64,000 nucleotides of DNA from Octopus vulgaris (GCA_951406725.2 OX597819.1:46376001-46440000), one strand, 5' to 3'. Positions 32,801 to 46,170 are shown, numbered from the stretch's first letter. Notes: generated by a model from the sequence alone, not told the origin. A program made the numbers and translations.

Positions 32801-32802
<2 letters not shown>
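32515..32802 (+). mobile_element. tRNA-like head + (AAT)n + hammerhead motif + (AAATAATGT)n tail
   Basis: A box TGCCGTAGTCG and B box GAGTTCGATTTC; GACAC-CTGATGA-T-GGCTGA..TCAGCT-GAAAC-GTT-ATGTT at 32695-32746. Confidence 0.7.
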
Positions 32803-32850
<48 letters not shown>

Positions 32851-33148
32851 GAGTGAGAGAGAAGTGCATGCCATCAAAGTGACACTGGGGTAAAATATAC
32901 GAAGCCCAGTATACCCATCATGACTACCCGTCTGATGAAAGTACACTAGGCACATGCATCACAACCATATGTGCGCGACATGGTGATCTCATATCAAAAT
33001 AAACAGCACATGACTTTGCAGGTGGGGCCCAGTTAGAATTTTCTTCAGGTCGAGTAACCCATCCCACTCGAAAGGTCCCTGAATAAGGGTTGTTTAAGGA
33101 TGTTGAACGAAACACCCATGTTTCCAGAGGTGAATTATTCAAACCCCT
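32851..33148. repeat. Unclassified complex insert between (TTA)n tracts
   Basis: ~300 bp of complex sequence sharply bounded by (TTA)n on both sides, like the R4/Dong fragments. Confidence 0.45.
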
Positions 33149-33162
33149 ATTATTATTATCAC

Positions 33163-33265
<103 letters not shown>

Positions 33266-33656
33266 TTTATTATGTTTGTTTTATTGATTTCTATTTATTC
33301 ATCGATTTGGAGGTTTCAAGACAGGGGAGAGTTTGTGCCTGCTCAACTTACAACCACTACCACCACCACCACCACCACCACCACCAGCAATATAACGATC
33401 AAGTGGGCCCAAATTACTATTCGTTGCTGCTGATGATTTCCTATCACTTTCACCTGTCTCATGTCGAAAACTAACGGTACTGAATTTGGATGTTATTGCT
33501 TCTATTGCTACTGCTGCTGCTGTTGCCGATGCTGCAATTCTTTTTAGCTGTTATTTTTGTTGCTGCTTTCCGCCTTCTCCTCGTCCTACTTCTCCTCGTC
33601 CTACTTCTCCTCGTCCTCCTCCTCCTTCATTCTTTACTCTTAATACATTCCGGTAG

Positions 33657-33698
33657 ATTCGAACGCAAATATGATAATCGCTGTTCTGCCCGTAACAG
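33657..33698 (+). other. Candidate 42-nt exon
   Basis: Pyrimidine tract...GGTAG acceptor and CAG|GTAAAC donor. Open frames read xSNANMIIAVLPVT and xFERKYDNRCSARN. Confidence 0.3.
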
Positions 33699-34137
33699 GT
33701 AAACAGCTTCTATTTTACGAACATATTAAGAATGAATATGCCAAGTATTGTTTCAATTCTTCCTGTTCCACGTGCAAATAATGTTTTTCTATTGATTGGC
33801 AGGTGTCAACGGGAATCAATAAACGGTTTGGTCACTGAAATTTTAAATAGATCCATCGGCTTTTGTTAGATTCATTAGTCGGAGTATTTCAGGCTCATAA
33901 GATAGATCATGTCGAAATATCTATGTCCCAGTACCCCTTGCACTAACGAACATGAATAAGTTATGAACACATAGTCGTAAAGAAGAAACTGTTCTTCTGA
34001 AACGACCCCAACTGCGATTGGCATATTTGCATATTTGCGTTCGAAACTGCTGTAAAGTAACTAGAATAAATATGCAAGGGGCCATTCAGATTCTAACTGT
34101 TCACTGTACAAATAATGATGTACCTACAGATATATTC

Positions 34138-34168
<31 letters not shown>

Positions 34169-34387
34169 CACCTACATATGCATATATATATATGTGTGTA
34201 TAGGTATGCTTGTCTGTCTGTCTGTATGTATTTATTATGTATGTATGTATGTTCGATTTCATTTTTTTTATATGGAGAATTTTTTTGTTCTTCCTTTTTG
34301 ACAACGATCCTAAGACCATTAACATTTCAAGACCTTCATCATTAGAATGATATATAAACATGTATCTATCTGTTCATATTCATATTC

Positions 34388-34479
<92 letters not shown>

Positions 34480-34611
34480 GTATCTATCTATATATATGTA
34501 GGTATTTATATGTATGTATATATATTTTTTATATATAGGTATTTATATGTATGTATGTATATATATATATATATATATATATACATACATATATACATAT
34601 ACATATATTTA

Positions 34612-34684
<73 letters not shown>

Positions 34685-34798
34685 AGTAAGCTGTCTTTGT
34701 TAGAATCGAAGCATTTCTTAATAGGAAGAATTCAAAGAATGAGAATACAACATTTGCATACATAGACATACACATATATGTGTATACGTACATACAAT

Positions 34799-34856
<58 letters not shown>

Positions 34857-35697
34857 TATAGGCTTGTATAATAATATTATTGACGCACACACGAGCGCAT
34901 GCACACACATACACACACACTTACGAGAAATTTCCAGGAGATAAGTTCTGTCCGTCAATAGGTTTCGCTTGAGTGGCCATATTAGCATTACAGTACAACT
35001 GCAAGAATGTGTTTTTCGATATATCACAACAAACGATACATATTAAATAACTCATGAATAAAAGCCGCAAGAATGCGTTCATAAAACTGGAATATTATAG
35101 TTAAAATATGTATATCGCTTTGAATGGTGACATTTTGGAAAATATTGCCCACGCGAAAATCTGCTCTTAAATATCAAATTATTAGTTACTTTTCGGAGGA
35201 TTATTCGATGTCATCCATGCGAAGTATCTACATTGAAGAACGACGACAATGAGAAAATCCTGTATATTATTAATAGATATGATTACTTTTCTTTCTGATT
35301 TTATATTTATTTTTTACGATTTGTGGGGTCTCCATCTGATATTTTAACGATTTTAGTGTTTGTTTTTGGCATGTTATCATTTTTTTATTTTTTACTTAAT
35401 AATTCAATACAGACTGTGTAACACCTTTGTTAATTGGTTAAACCTGAATCAAATGTATGTATAATGCTTAACAGATATAATATACGCAGAATGTAGAAAG
35501 CTTTTCACCTTAAAACTCCGTCTTTCTCTTTCTCTTTGTTTCTCTTTCTCTTACTTTCGCTTTCTCTTTATCTTCTATCCCTCTCTTTTTTTCTCCCCCA
35601 TCTCCAATCCTTTATCTGTCTCGATTTTAGTGCAAACTGTATAACATGTTCTAGTATTGCAGGGAACAACATACAGTGCGTGTTTTGTTTTGTGCGT

Positions 35698-35728
<31 letters not shown>

Positions 35729-35741
35729 TATATATATATAT

Positions 35742-35802
<61 letters not shown>

Positions 35803-35857
35803 GACGAGCTGGGGCACAGCTTTGTTTTTCTGAAGAATATATATACGTACGTAAGTC

Positions 35858-35903
<46 letters not shown>

Positions 35904-35924
35904 ATGTGTGTGTGTGCAAGTAAC

Positions 35925-36198
35925 TCTTTAACTGCTTTCATCTCGAGAGCTGCGGCCATGCTGGGTCACTGCCGTTAGATTTGCTACACCTTGACTGCTT
36001 GAAACAATCTCAGATATGTGGCGTTTGATGAATGAGGGAGTTTGATGCAGCTGCCCTTACCTGCGTTTGCTGCCGCGAGGTATCCTCATCCAGAATCCTT
36101 GACAGGAGGAGATCCAATTTTATTTTTTAAGACTCCTACATCCACACTGTGCTTTTCGGGAGGATATTGAAGAGCTGTGGGCCCTTGAAACCCACGCT
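35925..36198 (-). mobile_element. CR1-clade LINE 3' end (related to 52742)
   Basis: Reverse complement encodes SVGFKGPQLFNILPK...KLDLLLSRILDEDTSRQQTQVRAAASNSLIHQ, followed by GGCAGTGACCCAGCATGGCCGCAGCTCTCGAGATGAAAG. Confidence 0.85.
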
Positions 36199-36199
36199 T

Positions 36200-38867
36200 A
36201 CATTAATTATCTAGTCCTCTATCTTGGTGGTGATGCTTGGATATTTGGCACTATGCTGTGGCGCTCCGTTCTACTGTTTGTGTAACTTTCAATACCAAAA
36301 TTCGGTACAAATCCTTCCAGAATTTTCCAGATGTTTATCACTGCAAATTTTTCGTTGCATTGGGACGATTTTTTTTTGTAGCTTCACAACCTTGTCTTCC
36401 ATTCTTATATATCTTGAAAAACATCTTGTCACCGATATTAAACAATTTTGTCGTATTTTTAGTGTTTTCCCTATTTGTTTTTCTTACTGGTAGCAGCTAG
36501 TCGAAAATTGACGTTATTTTTTGAGCAAACATTAATTCCACAGGTGAATTGCCTGAAAAAGCGTTTGGGTTTGTTGTTATCCTATAAACCCTCAAGAATT
36601 GCGTCAATGCTGCGTCGTCGACCAGCACGTTTCTTGATTTCTTTAAATGTAACCACGAGCATTTCCGCTTGCCTGTTAGATTTTGGGTGATACGGAGTAG
36701 TAGTAATATGTTCAAATGAGAACATCTAGCAAAAAGTCTTAAATTTATTCACCGTGAATTGTGTACCGTTATCGGAAACTATGTTATCCGGTAGCAAAAA
36801 GTTCGTGTAGAAATTCGAGTGTTACTGTGTATGTTGGTTTGCTACATTTACACATTTCTGACCATTTTGTATAGCTATCTACCACTATTAGATAAGTCTA
36901 TGTGTATTCTGAACTATGGAATATCGATCTTGGGCTAAGGTGGTGATTTCGCTGCAAGAGCACACTCTCTGCAAGATCTTACCAACTTCTTGATGTCTAA
37001 ATCCAATTTTGGCCAGTAAATATAACTCTTCATAAGCGACTTCATTCTAGAAATTCTTGGATGTCCGGTATGGAATTGCTTTAACATTCGACCTTGTAGT
37101 GAGGTATGCATTACAATCCTCTGTGCATACATAAGCCCATTATCACATATCGAATACAAATCTGAAACTGTGTTACGTCCAGCCACATGTATTTTTGAAA
37201 TTGCTTCTTCTGATCTCACTATATTCTTCCTTTTTATGATAAACTTGTCCGTCTCTGCCTTAATTTTTATTTCCTCCAGTGTTACAGGCAATTCACGCGC
37301 AACATTACACAATATATTTTTTATTTCATTTTCGGCTTTTAACTCCGCTGTCACCGTGCCTTCTAGTGGTTCTAGTGTGCTGTTGTATTAATTTTGACAA
37401 ACCATCTGCTTGTCCCAATTATTTCGATAGCAGATACTCCATCTTGAAATCGTAATTCATCAGGATCGTTCCCCAGCGCTGCAATCTGTTCTTTGTATGA
37501 GTGGGAATACCCCTTTTTTGATCCATAGATTGACAATAATGGGTGGTGATCTGTCTGCAGACGAAACATTCTACCCTGTATAAATTCATGGAATTTTTTA
37601 CCGCAAATATGATGGCTAATGCCTCTTTTTCTATTTGACTGTAGTTTTTCTCAGCCGGCTATAATAAACGCGAAGCATGATCTACTGCTTTCAGGCTACC
37701 ATCTTCATACTTAGTTAAGTTAAGTTAATTTTTTGGCTCAAAAAGCAAAAAGCAAGGCCATGTAGGGGGACATGGAGTTATGTACTGGGGTGTTCATGCA
37801 AAGAGTTCAGGCCATTTTACTTACGTAAAATCACAGCTCCAATGCCACTTTCACTAGCATCTGCTGCCACTACTATTTCTAAATTCGGGTTAAAATGTTA
37901 TAACAACAATTCCGACGTTATGTCTTAAACTTATAAACCTCTGGCATTCTTCAGCCACTGCCTGTAGAGTTAATTTTTGGTCCCGTTCTAATTTTGTTAA
38001 TATACGGGAACGTATATCAGCATCTTTCCTTGCTGTTAAACGAACAAAAATTAGATATTTGAACAAATCCGGGCTTAATTCATTTAATTTGAACTTTTCA
38101 CACTTTGTTAACGACCCCAGCATAGGTGACGAAATCTTCGTCTTTTTTTAACTAAATTTGAACATTGTCAACGAATATTGATCAGGGAACTTCTTTCACT
38201 GAAAATTCTCGATAACAAATTAACTGTTTGATCGATACAAATCTCACCTGATTTCATCGACAGAATATAGTTACAGTATATTTTGTGTTCAGCAGGGGAT
38301 AGTTTCGTAAATGTAGTCGCACCTTCTCGTCATTCCAATTTTTACATTCTTCTTTAAAGATTTCTTCGTATTTTCTCAAATATGAAGAAAAAGTAATACC
38401 TTCTTCTGAGTTATAAATAAACTCTCCAATTGAATTTGTTGACGAAAATGAATCTAAAGTATTTTCAGACTTCAATATTACTTCCAGTAACTGTAGGTAT
38501 TGTTGTTGTTGCTGTTGTAGTTGTTGTTGTATCTGTTGTTACTGTTATTGTTGCTGTAGTTGCAACTGCGCCATGCAAGCCAACAAGTCTTCCGTATTAA
38601 ATAACTTTTCTTTGGTTACATATCAAAAAGGAAAAAAATTTAAACATCCTTCGCAAGCTTCGAATATCTCGCCGAAACTTTGATATTCTGCCACAGGTTG
38701 GTATATATAAAATTTTGCAGTGGAGATTTAATCAATATGTTCACAGAACGTACTTCGCGAGACTACCAAAATGCTCTCTCTGACTCCTACCGACCACTAC
38801 TCTTTATAAGAGTTCGGCTAGCCCATTCTGCAATCCGCCAGGGCTGTCAATGACTCTCGCCACAACA
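36200..38867 (-). mobile_element. Degraded Ty3/Gypsy (Mag-like) LTR retrotransposon lacking protease-RT
   Basis: Gag (EFIYNSEEGITFSSY..YEEIF; IRSRILTKLE..LTLQAVAEECQR), RNase H (IVVAADASESGIGAVI; FRLQTDHHPLLSI), zinc-binding (HTGHPRISRMKSLMKSYIYWP..CRECA) and integrase (VSDNGTQF; FLRVYRIT..SPVELMF). A possible LTR lies at ~38697-38867 and starts with TG. Confidence 0.9.
37714..37817 (-). mobile_element. 5'-truncated LINE 3' end inserted into Gypsy RNase H
   Basis: TACTTA target-site duplication at 37708-37713 and 37818-37823. Removing the insert restores VILRKYEDGSLK. It has a (TTAAC)n tail. Confidence 0.8.
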
Positions 38868-38869
38868 CT

Positions 38870-39070
38870 CACCTAAGAGAGTGAAGATAATGGTATAATA
38901 AAGACCATAAGTCTTGTGAGATACAGCTACCCAGAGTTTCGTGACCGAAAAATTTATTTATTTCGTCAGTTTTTAAACTGAGAATAAGATCGTTTTTGAA
39001 CATGGAAAGCCCATAAGGAAAAAGATAAGGAAAACCAAAGGGATGATAATCAAAGTTACAACAACATATC
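38870..39070 (-). mobile_element. Penelope pLTR-like remnant with decayed hammerhead core
   Basis: Reverse complement CTGACGA-...TCAC-GAAAC-TCTGG-GTA at ~38927-38969. Confidence 0.45.
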
Positions 39071-39292
39071 AAAATGTAAAGAAAAGTTGAATGGCTTATG
39101 GTGCGTTTGGTGGTTCATATTTAAACTCTAGCAAGATGGCCTGTTTGACCCATTAACATAGGGTTTGGTTTTGAAGATGATTTTCCATTTGATTATATAG
39201 TAGATATCTTTGTCTTTATGTTTCCAGGTGAAAGCCGAAAGGGCTGTTGAATGTCTCTTCAAGGTTATATAGTGCATGCATCCATACTCATG

Positions 39293-39357
<65 letters not shown>

Positions 39358-39483
39358 ATAGAGAGACAGAGACAGAGACAGAGAAAGAGAGAAAGAGAGC
39401 TTGATTCTGTTTCTTTTCATAAGTCTTTTCGTAACTGCTACAATACATTCATCAGATGGCATATATATATATATATATATATA

Positions 39484-39659
39484 ACTTAGAATAACTTAGA
39501 AAGGTTTTGGCCAGTATTGGCCCAGGCCATGTCTAACTTAATAGCACCACCTGGCGAAGTCTTTCAGTTCAGGATTTGGGCACCAAGGCCCATTCGAGCA
39601 GAGAGTTATTGTTTGCGGAGACATATCCGGGTGTGGGTGGTTTGTCCGGTACTGTTTCA

Positions 39660-39661
<2 letters not shown>
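39484..39661 (-). mobile_element. CR1-clade LINE 3' end (second family) inside (TA)n
   Basis: Reverse complement encodes LETVPDKPPTPGYVSANNNSLLEWALVPKS*, then GGTGGTGC...CATGGCCTGGGCCAATACTGGCCAAAAC + (TCTAAGTTA)n. Confidence 0.75.
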
Positions 39662-39706
<45 letters not shown>

Positions 39707-39751
39707 CCTGCGTATGGGTATGCTTATGTCTATACACACGCTGACAGATAA

Positions 39752-39848
<97 letters not shown>

Positions 39849-39904
39849 TTGACAGACAGAAAATATATATATAGTTAGCTAGCTGGCAAATAGCTAGCTA
39901 GCTG

Positions 39905-39994
<90 letters not shown>

Positions 39995-40513
39995 GAGAGA
40001 GAGAAAGAGATTTCTTAAATACTTTATACACCGCATGAATTTTCTCGTCTCTCGCTCATGCTGTTGGATTTAACTTTGACGTACCTAACAGTACATAGAT
40101 CACAGTGTATTGCCTGCCCTATTTCTAGATGACTGGAAAGAGGTGATCAAGTGGAAGGGAAAGCTGTAGTGCGAAAAACAATCGTACATGGATTAATTTT
40201 GGACTTTAAAACTTCATGTCTTACAATGATAATATGCGAAAGAGAAACTAAGTCACATTGCTAATATATTAAAGTTTGCTGTGTTTACTAGGAAAACGAA
40301 GACAAAATTGTGTCAAATAAGCAACCAGTTATTCACTGATTTTTCTTTTGTTCTTTAAGGAGATATGTTATTATGCTTATTATTCAATGGCTCCTGAGTG
40401 TGTGGCTCGTCAATGAGGTCGGAAGTGTTGTATTGATATAGCCAATGACCAATCAAGCTAAGTCCATGTATTTACTAGTGTATATAATCTAATATTTTTT
40501 TTATCTTCCATCT

Positions 40514-40700
40514 GTTACTTGTTTCAGTCATGAGACAACGGCCATGCGAGGGGCACATCCTTGAATTTTTGGTCGAGTGAATCGACTGCAGTACTTGTTT
40601 TTTTGTTAAGCCTGATAATTATTTTATCGGTCTATTTTAAGGCAACAGCTGCCTTTCGGAGACGTAGACACAGCAGCACCGGTTGTCAAGCGGTGTGGAC
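40514..40700 (-). mobile_element. SINE family B, 3' half
   Basis: TTACTTGTTTCAGTCATGAG...GGCCATGC...CGGTTGTCAAGCG. Confidence 0.8.
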
Positions 40701-40712
40701 ACATACACAAAC

Positions 40713-40743
<31 letters not shown>

Positions 40744-40779
40744 TACGCAGACGCACACACACACACGCATACACGCTCA

Positions 40780-40843
<64 letters not shown>

Positions 40844-40854
40844 CATATATAGAT

Positions 40855-41226
40855 GGGCAAGTGTCTTCTACTAGAGCTTCGGGCCGACCAAAGCTTTGTG
40901 AGTGGATTTGGTAGACGGAAGCTGAAAGCCCGTCGTATGTATGTATGTATGTATGTATGTATGTATGTATGTATGTATGTATGTATGTATGTATGTATGT
41001 ATGTATGTATGTGTGTGTGTCTTTGTGTCTGTGTTGGTCCCCCTACCATCGCTTGACAACCGCTGCTGGTGTGTTTACGTACCCGTAAAATCGCGGTTCG
41101 GCAAAACAGACAGATAAAATAAGTACTAGACACACATAGAAGAAGGCCTGGGGTAGATTTCTTCGACTAAGACTCTTTAAGGTGTTCCAGCATAGCCGCA
41201 GCTAACTGTGAAAGAAGTAAAAGAAT
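40855..41226 (+). mobile_element. SINE family B, 5'-truncated, internal (TATG)n
   Basis: GGGCAAGTGTCTTCTACT...GGGCCGACCAAAGC...CCAGCATAGCCGCAG. Confidence 0.85.
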
Positions 41227-41234
41227 ATCAAGCT

Positions 41235-41410
41235 GTATCGACCTTTGTCTTTCCCTTGGATAACACTGGTGGCGTGGAGAGGGGAGGCTGGTATGCATGG
41301 GCGACTGCTGGTCTTCCATAAACAACCTTGCTCGGACTTGTGTCTAGGAGGGTAACTTTCTAGGTGCAATCCCATGGTCATTCATGACCGAAGGGGGTCT
41401 TTACCCTTTA
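41235..41410 (+). mobile_element. RTE-type 3' end (SINE or LINE fragment)
   Basis: Ends GGTCATTCATGACCGAAGGGGGTCTTTACCCTTTA, a stem-loop plus TTTACC-like tail as seen in RTE/BovB-dependent elements. Confidence 0.55.
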
Positions 41411-41425
41411 CTCACACATACGCAC

Positions 41426-41492
<67 letters not shown>

Positions 41493-41589
41493 CTTATATT
41501 TGGGCGTGGTCATATTTTGCCATTTAAACATACGCACTATATATTTGATCTTCACTTTAAATTTATTATTTTTATTGCTTTTTGCTTTT

Positions 41590-41797
41590 TTCTACTCTAG
41601 GCATAGGGACCCAAATTTTGCGGGAGGTGGCCAGTCGATTAGGTCTACCCCAGTACGCAACTGGTACTTAATTTATCGACCTCCGGAAGGATGAAAGGCG
41701 AAGTCGACCTCGGCGGAATTTGAACTCAGAACGTTAAGACAGATGAAATACCGCTAAGCATTTCACCCGGCGTGCTAACATTTCTGCCAGCTCGCCT

Positions 41798-41798
<1 letters not shown>
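41590..41798 (-). mobile_element. SINE family A
   Basis: CAACTGGTACTTAATTTATCGACC...GGATGAAAGGC...GAATTTGAACTCAGAACG...CTGCCAGCTCGCC. Confidence 0.9.
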
Positions 41799-41879
<81 letters not shown>

Positions 41880-41900
41880 GTTGTTGTTGTTGTTGTTGTT

Positions 41901-41931
<31 letters not shown>

Positions 41932-41979
41932 TTATTATTATTATTTTTATTATTTTTATTATTATTTTTATTATTATTA

Positions 41980-42030
<51 letters not shown>

Positions 42031-42062
42031 GTTGTTGTTGTTGTTTTTGTTTCTTTGTCCAG

Positions 42063-42104
42063 TATTCCGGTTGAACTACTTATGGTATATTGTGCTTCCG
42101 ATAG
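42063..42104 (+). other. Candidate 42-nt exon with donor-spanning hairpin
   Basis: TTTCTTTGTCCAG acceptor and TAG|GTGAAC donor; frame xFRLNYLWYIVLPI. Stem 42096-42111/42148-42162 with TGCATG in the loop. Confidence 0.35.
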
Positions 42105-42307
42105 GTGAACGTCTCACCTGTGCACACTGTGACTGCATGTTAGTGGTCGTTCGCTATCGGAACTGATTGATCCTATTTGCTAAATGTTTGTTGTCTATTG
42201 ATCCGCTCAGTAACTAGTGATATTTGCTATCGACTCAATAAATTTATCTGCCAAACTATTTCGCCTCCACCATGTTGCATCCCATGATTCCAACGTTGAA
42301 ATCATGC

Positions 42308-42394
<87 letters not shown>

Positions 42395-42398
42395 TTTA

Positions 42399-42600
42399 GT
42401 TCTTTTACTTGTTTCAGTCATATGCTGCAGCACCGCCTAAGGGTTTTTTAGTCGAAGAAACCGAGCCCAGGACTTATTCTTTACAAGCCTACAACTTGTG
42501 CTATCGGCTTCTTTTGCCAGACTTCTAAGTTACGAGGACGTAAACACACCAACGTCGGTTATCAAGCGATGATAGGAGGATAGGCACAGACACAAAGACA
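42399..42600 (-). mobile_element. SINE family B, 3' half
   Basis: TCTTTTACTTGTTTCAGTCA...CCCAGGACTTATTCTTT...GTAAACACACCAAC. Confidence 0.8.
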
Positions 42601-42739
42601 ACTATGTTCCCCTTCCTTCCTCAGCTGCTGTTGCTTAAACCATCAAACTTCAGAACCAAATATTTTTCTGCACACATAAATACTGTTTTTTTTTTCTTTT
42701 TTCAGATCTGCTACAACCTACCGAGCCTTCGCATTCTTT

Positions 42740-42879
42740 TACAGAGCTTGGGAAACTGAGGGAGTGTTGCAAGAAGTGTATAAATCTGAGAGGGAAATAT
42801 TTTGCATGAAATCATAATTAGCTAATCCTCTTGTATTCACTTTTACCTAAAGCCAGAAACTTTTCAGCACCTCTTCGTA
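42740..42879 (+). mobile_element. Mariner 3' remnant with TIR
   Basis: KLRECCKKCINLRGKYFA* resembles a mariner C-terminus, followed by CAGAAACTTTTCAGCACCTCTTCG-TA. Confidence 0.6.
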
Positions 42880-43478
42880 GTACATCAGATTCGGTGCACC
42901 AATTGCAATGCATCTCGTTACGTCGGCAACACAAATCAACCTTTGCATTTCCTAATCCACGAGCCGTGCGCTTCATGCATCAAAGCTTTATCTTAAAACT
43001 ACGAACCGGTAACATTGGTAAGCTACTGATTACAGAGACCATTCTAATAACGGGTAAGGGAAACAAACATCCGGGTATCCGGATTCAATGAATACTATAA
43101 ATGTGCGACACAATAATTTGACTCAGTTTCTCCTCGTACACATGTCACCCCTACTCTGACACGAACAGCCCGTCGAATACAATTGCAACCCCAAATTTTA
43201 AATCTCAAAACACGCTCTAATTCATCCATGATGATTTCGTGTCGCCAAGAAAGTAAACAAATAGCTTATGACTTTCCCTTTCTTTTGTTCTTTTAAGCCC
43301 TCGTAAAGATGTTTTCTCCTCGAAATATCAGTTCTAATGAAATATTTCTAAAGCAACATTTCGATATCTTTGTTATTGAAATTTTTGATATTTAATGCAC
43401 TGTCTGCATTGCTATCGGCTTCTGTAACACGCCGAGTCACTACATTTTCCGCAATGCTTCAAGCAATCTACAGCCCTC

Positions 43479-43509
<31 letters not shown>

Positions 43510-43764
43510 AGTGCGTGTGTGTGTGTGTGTGTATGTGTGTGTGTGTGTATAAATATATATATACACGCACACACATACACACACATGCACACACACAGAT
43601 ATTTTGAGAATGAACTGTATTTTTAGACCGATATTAGATTTATGTCGAAAAAGAAATCTCCGCAAACTACTCCCCCATCACATAAAAGTAGATATTAATA
43701 AATATTGTAATATCACCACTAATAAAATCAAGATAAATACTACATATATACATACACACATACA

Positions 43765-43795
<31 letters not shown>

Positions 43796-44919
43796 TCTTA
43801 TGTATGTATTTATGTATGTATGTATGTATGTATGTATGTATGTATGTATGTATGTATGTATGTATGTATGCATGTATGTATATGCATGTATGTATGTATC
43901 TATGTAAACAAAAATAAATTAATAAAGCAATAATACAATAATACACAAAAATAATAAAAATCCAGGTTGCCAAAAATTAAAAAAAAAAACAATAAATAAA
44001 CAACTTGATAAATTTACCAAGACAAAAATTATAAGGAAACACTAAAAATATTTCACACTAAACTAGGTTACTTTGTGTAATAGCTTTAAGCAGTTTTTCT
44101 AGTACAGTTTCTCTGGGTTGTGTAGGTGTTTTTCTGCTTCTGTTGCTGCTTCTGGTGCTGCTGCTTTTGCTGCTGATGTTGTTGTTGTTGTTGTTTATTT
44201 TTTTTGGTATTCTTGCTTTTTCGTTTGTTCTGTTTTGTTGTTTGAATTTTTTTTTTTTTTTTATTTATTAATTTTTTTTTTTCCAGATTTTTGCTGTTGA
44301 TGTTCATATTCTGGTTCAATCACATGGCTCCGTGATTTAGTGTCGGCAGATCTAGGTCAGCTATCCAACATTGTGTAGCGGATTACTGTCTCCTTACGAA
44401 CTGATGTTCATTTACCGAACCATTCCTTCACCACTACCACCACCACCAACACCACAGGCTACAACAATACCACCATCTCCAACAACAACAACAATAACAA
44501 CAATAACAGCAGCAGCAACAACAACAACAACAGTAGCCGACACAGTGAACTTCTCTGGTGGTTGATCGATTTACTAGTTAGAGTAGCCAAAGCTTCTTCA
44601 TGTTACATCCATATTGCCAACTGAAAATATCAGGAAAAACAAAAGGAAAAGTGAGAAAAAGACAGCTCAGGTGACCTGGAGGGTGAGGGTGGGAAACAGA
44701 CGGGATGATCACGTCCGGATTGTCATTCTTTGATCATAGTTCTGTTGAATCCAGGATGAACTGGGCATAAGAAACAAAAATAGCAACATCAACAGCAGAA
44801 ATAGCAACGGCAGCAGAAACAGAAGAAGAAGCAGCAGCAGCAGCACCGGAAGTAGCAGCTGCAAGCAACAGTTCCTGCCATGTAATAATTTCTTAATTTT
44901 TTTGTTTGTGTCATTGTTG

Positions 44920-45473
44920 TGGTAGTGTTGATGGAGGTGGTGGTGGTGGTGGTGGTGGTGGTGATGCTGGTGGTGGTGGTGGTGGTGGTGGTGATGCTGG
45001 TGGTGGTGGCGGTTGTGGTGGTGAATGGTTATGAAAATGCTTGTTGGCGATGATGGTTGAGTTAACCACGGTGGAGGACGCAAGTGGTTGTAGTAACTGT
45101 GGTAGCGGTAGTGGCGGCGGTGGTAGTAGTGGTAGTGGTGAGTGGAGGTAATAATGATGATCGTGATTGTGATGATGATGATGTTGATGATGATGATTAA
45201 GGTGGTCACAGTCGATGTGGTGATGATGGTGGTGGGGAAGGGGTGTGGGAGTGTTGGTTATGGTGGTGGCAGCGGCGACTGCGTTTGAGTTGATTGTGAC
45301 TGTGATGGTGGTGGTTGTGGCGGTGGTGGTGATGCTAGCGATAGAGGTGGTGACGGTGACGGTAGTGGTTGAAACGATAATGATGGTGGAGAAGATTGTA
45401 GAGGGTGACGACGATGTTCACGGTAATGATGTTGATGATGATGATGATGATGACGATGATGACGAGGAGGATA

Positions 45474-45542
<69 letters not shown>

Positions 45543-45590
45543 CTAATAATGATGATGATGATGATAATGATGATGATGATAATGATGATA

Positions 45591-45669
<79 letters not shown>

Positions 45670-45930
45670 GTGATGGTGATGGTGATGGTGATGGTCGAGG
45701 CGAGGCGAGGATTGTTGGACGATGATGGTGATGACGGTGATGCAAGTGGTTGTGGTGATTCCGGTGGTGGTGTCGGTGGTGGTGGTGGTGCTGGTGGTGC
45801 TGGTGGTTCTGGTGCTGGTGCTGGTGCTGGTACTGGTGGTACTGGTACTGTAGGTGAAGCTGATAGTGATGACAGTACTGGTAGTGAAAGCGCTGCTAAC
45901 CATGACCATGGCGATGGTTCTTGTGGTTGT
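44920..45930. repeat. (GGT)n/(GAT)n trinucleotide block
   Basis: Direct reading. Confidence 0.95.
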
Positions 45931-46114
45931 AATATTTATTTATTTTTCTTAGTTTTTTTTTTTTTATATGATACTCTCGTTCCTATTGTTGTTGCAACAT
46001 TTCTAGGAGTTAATTATAGGAAAACTGTCTTTTGTTTGTTTCATGAAACCATTTTCCATATCTTTTAGCCTCCTCTTCCTATCGCCTGTCTTCTACCCTC
46101 TCTCACTCTCCCTC

Positions 46115-46170
<56 letters not shown>

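Noticed and set aside
45637-46068. Gly/Asp-rich ORF resembling a structural protein
   Set aside because: It derives from degenerate (GGT)/(GAT) repeats and has no splice or start context.
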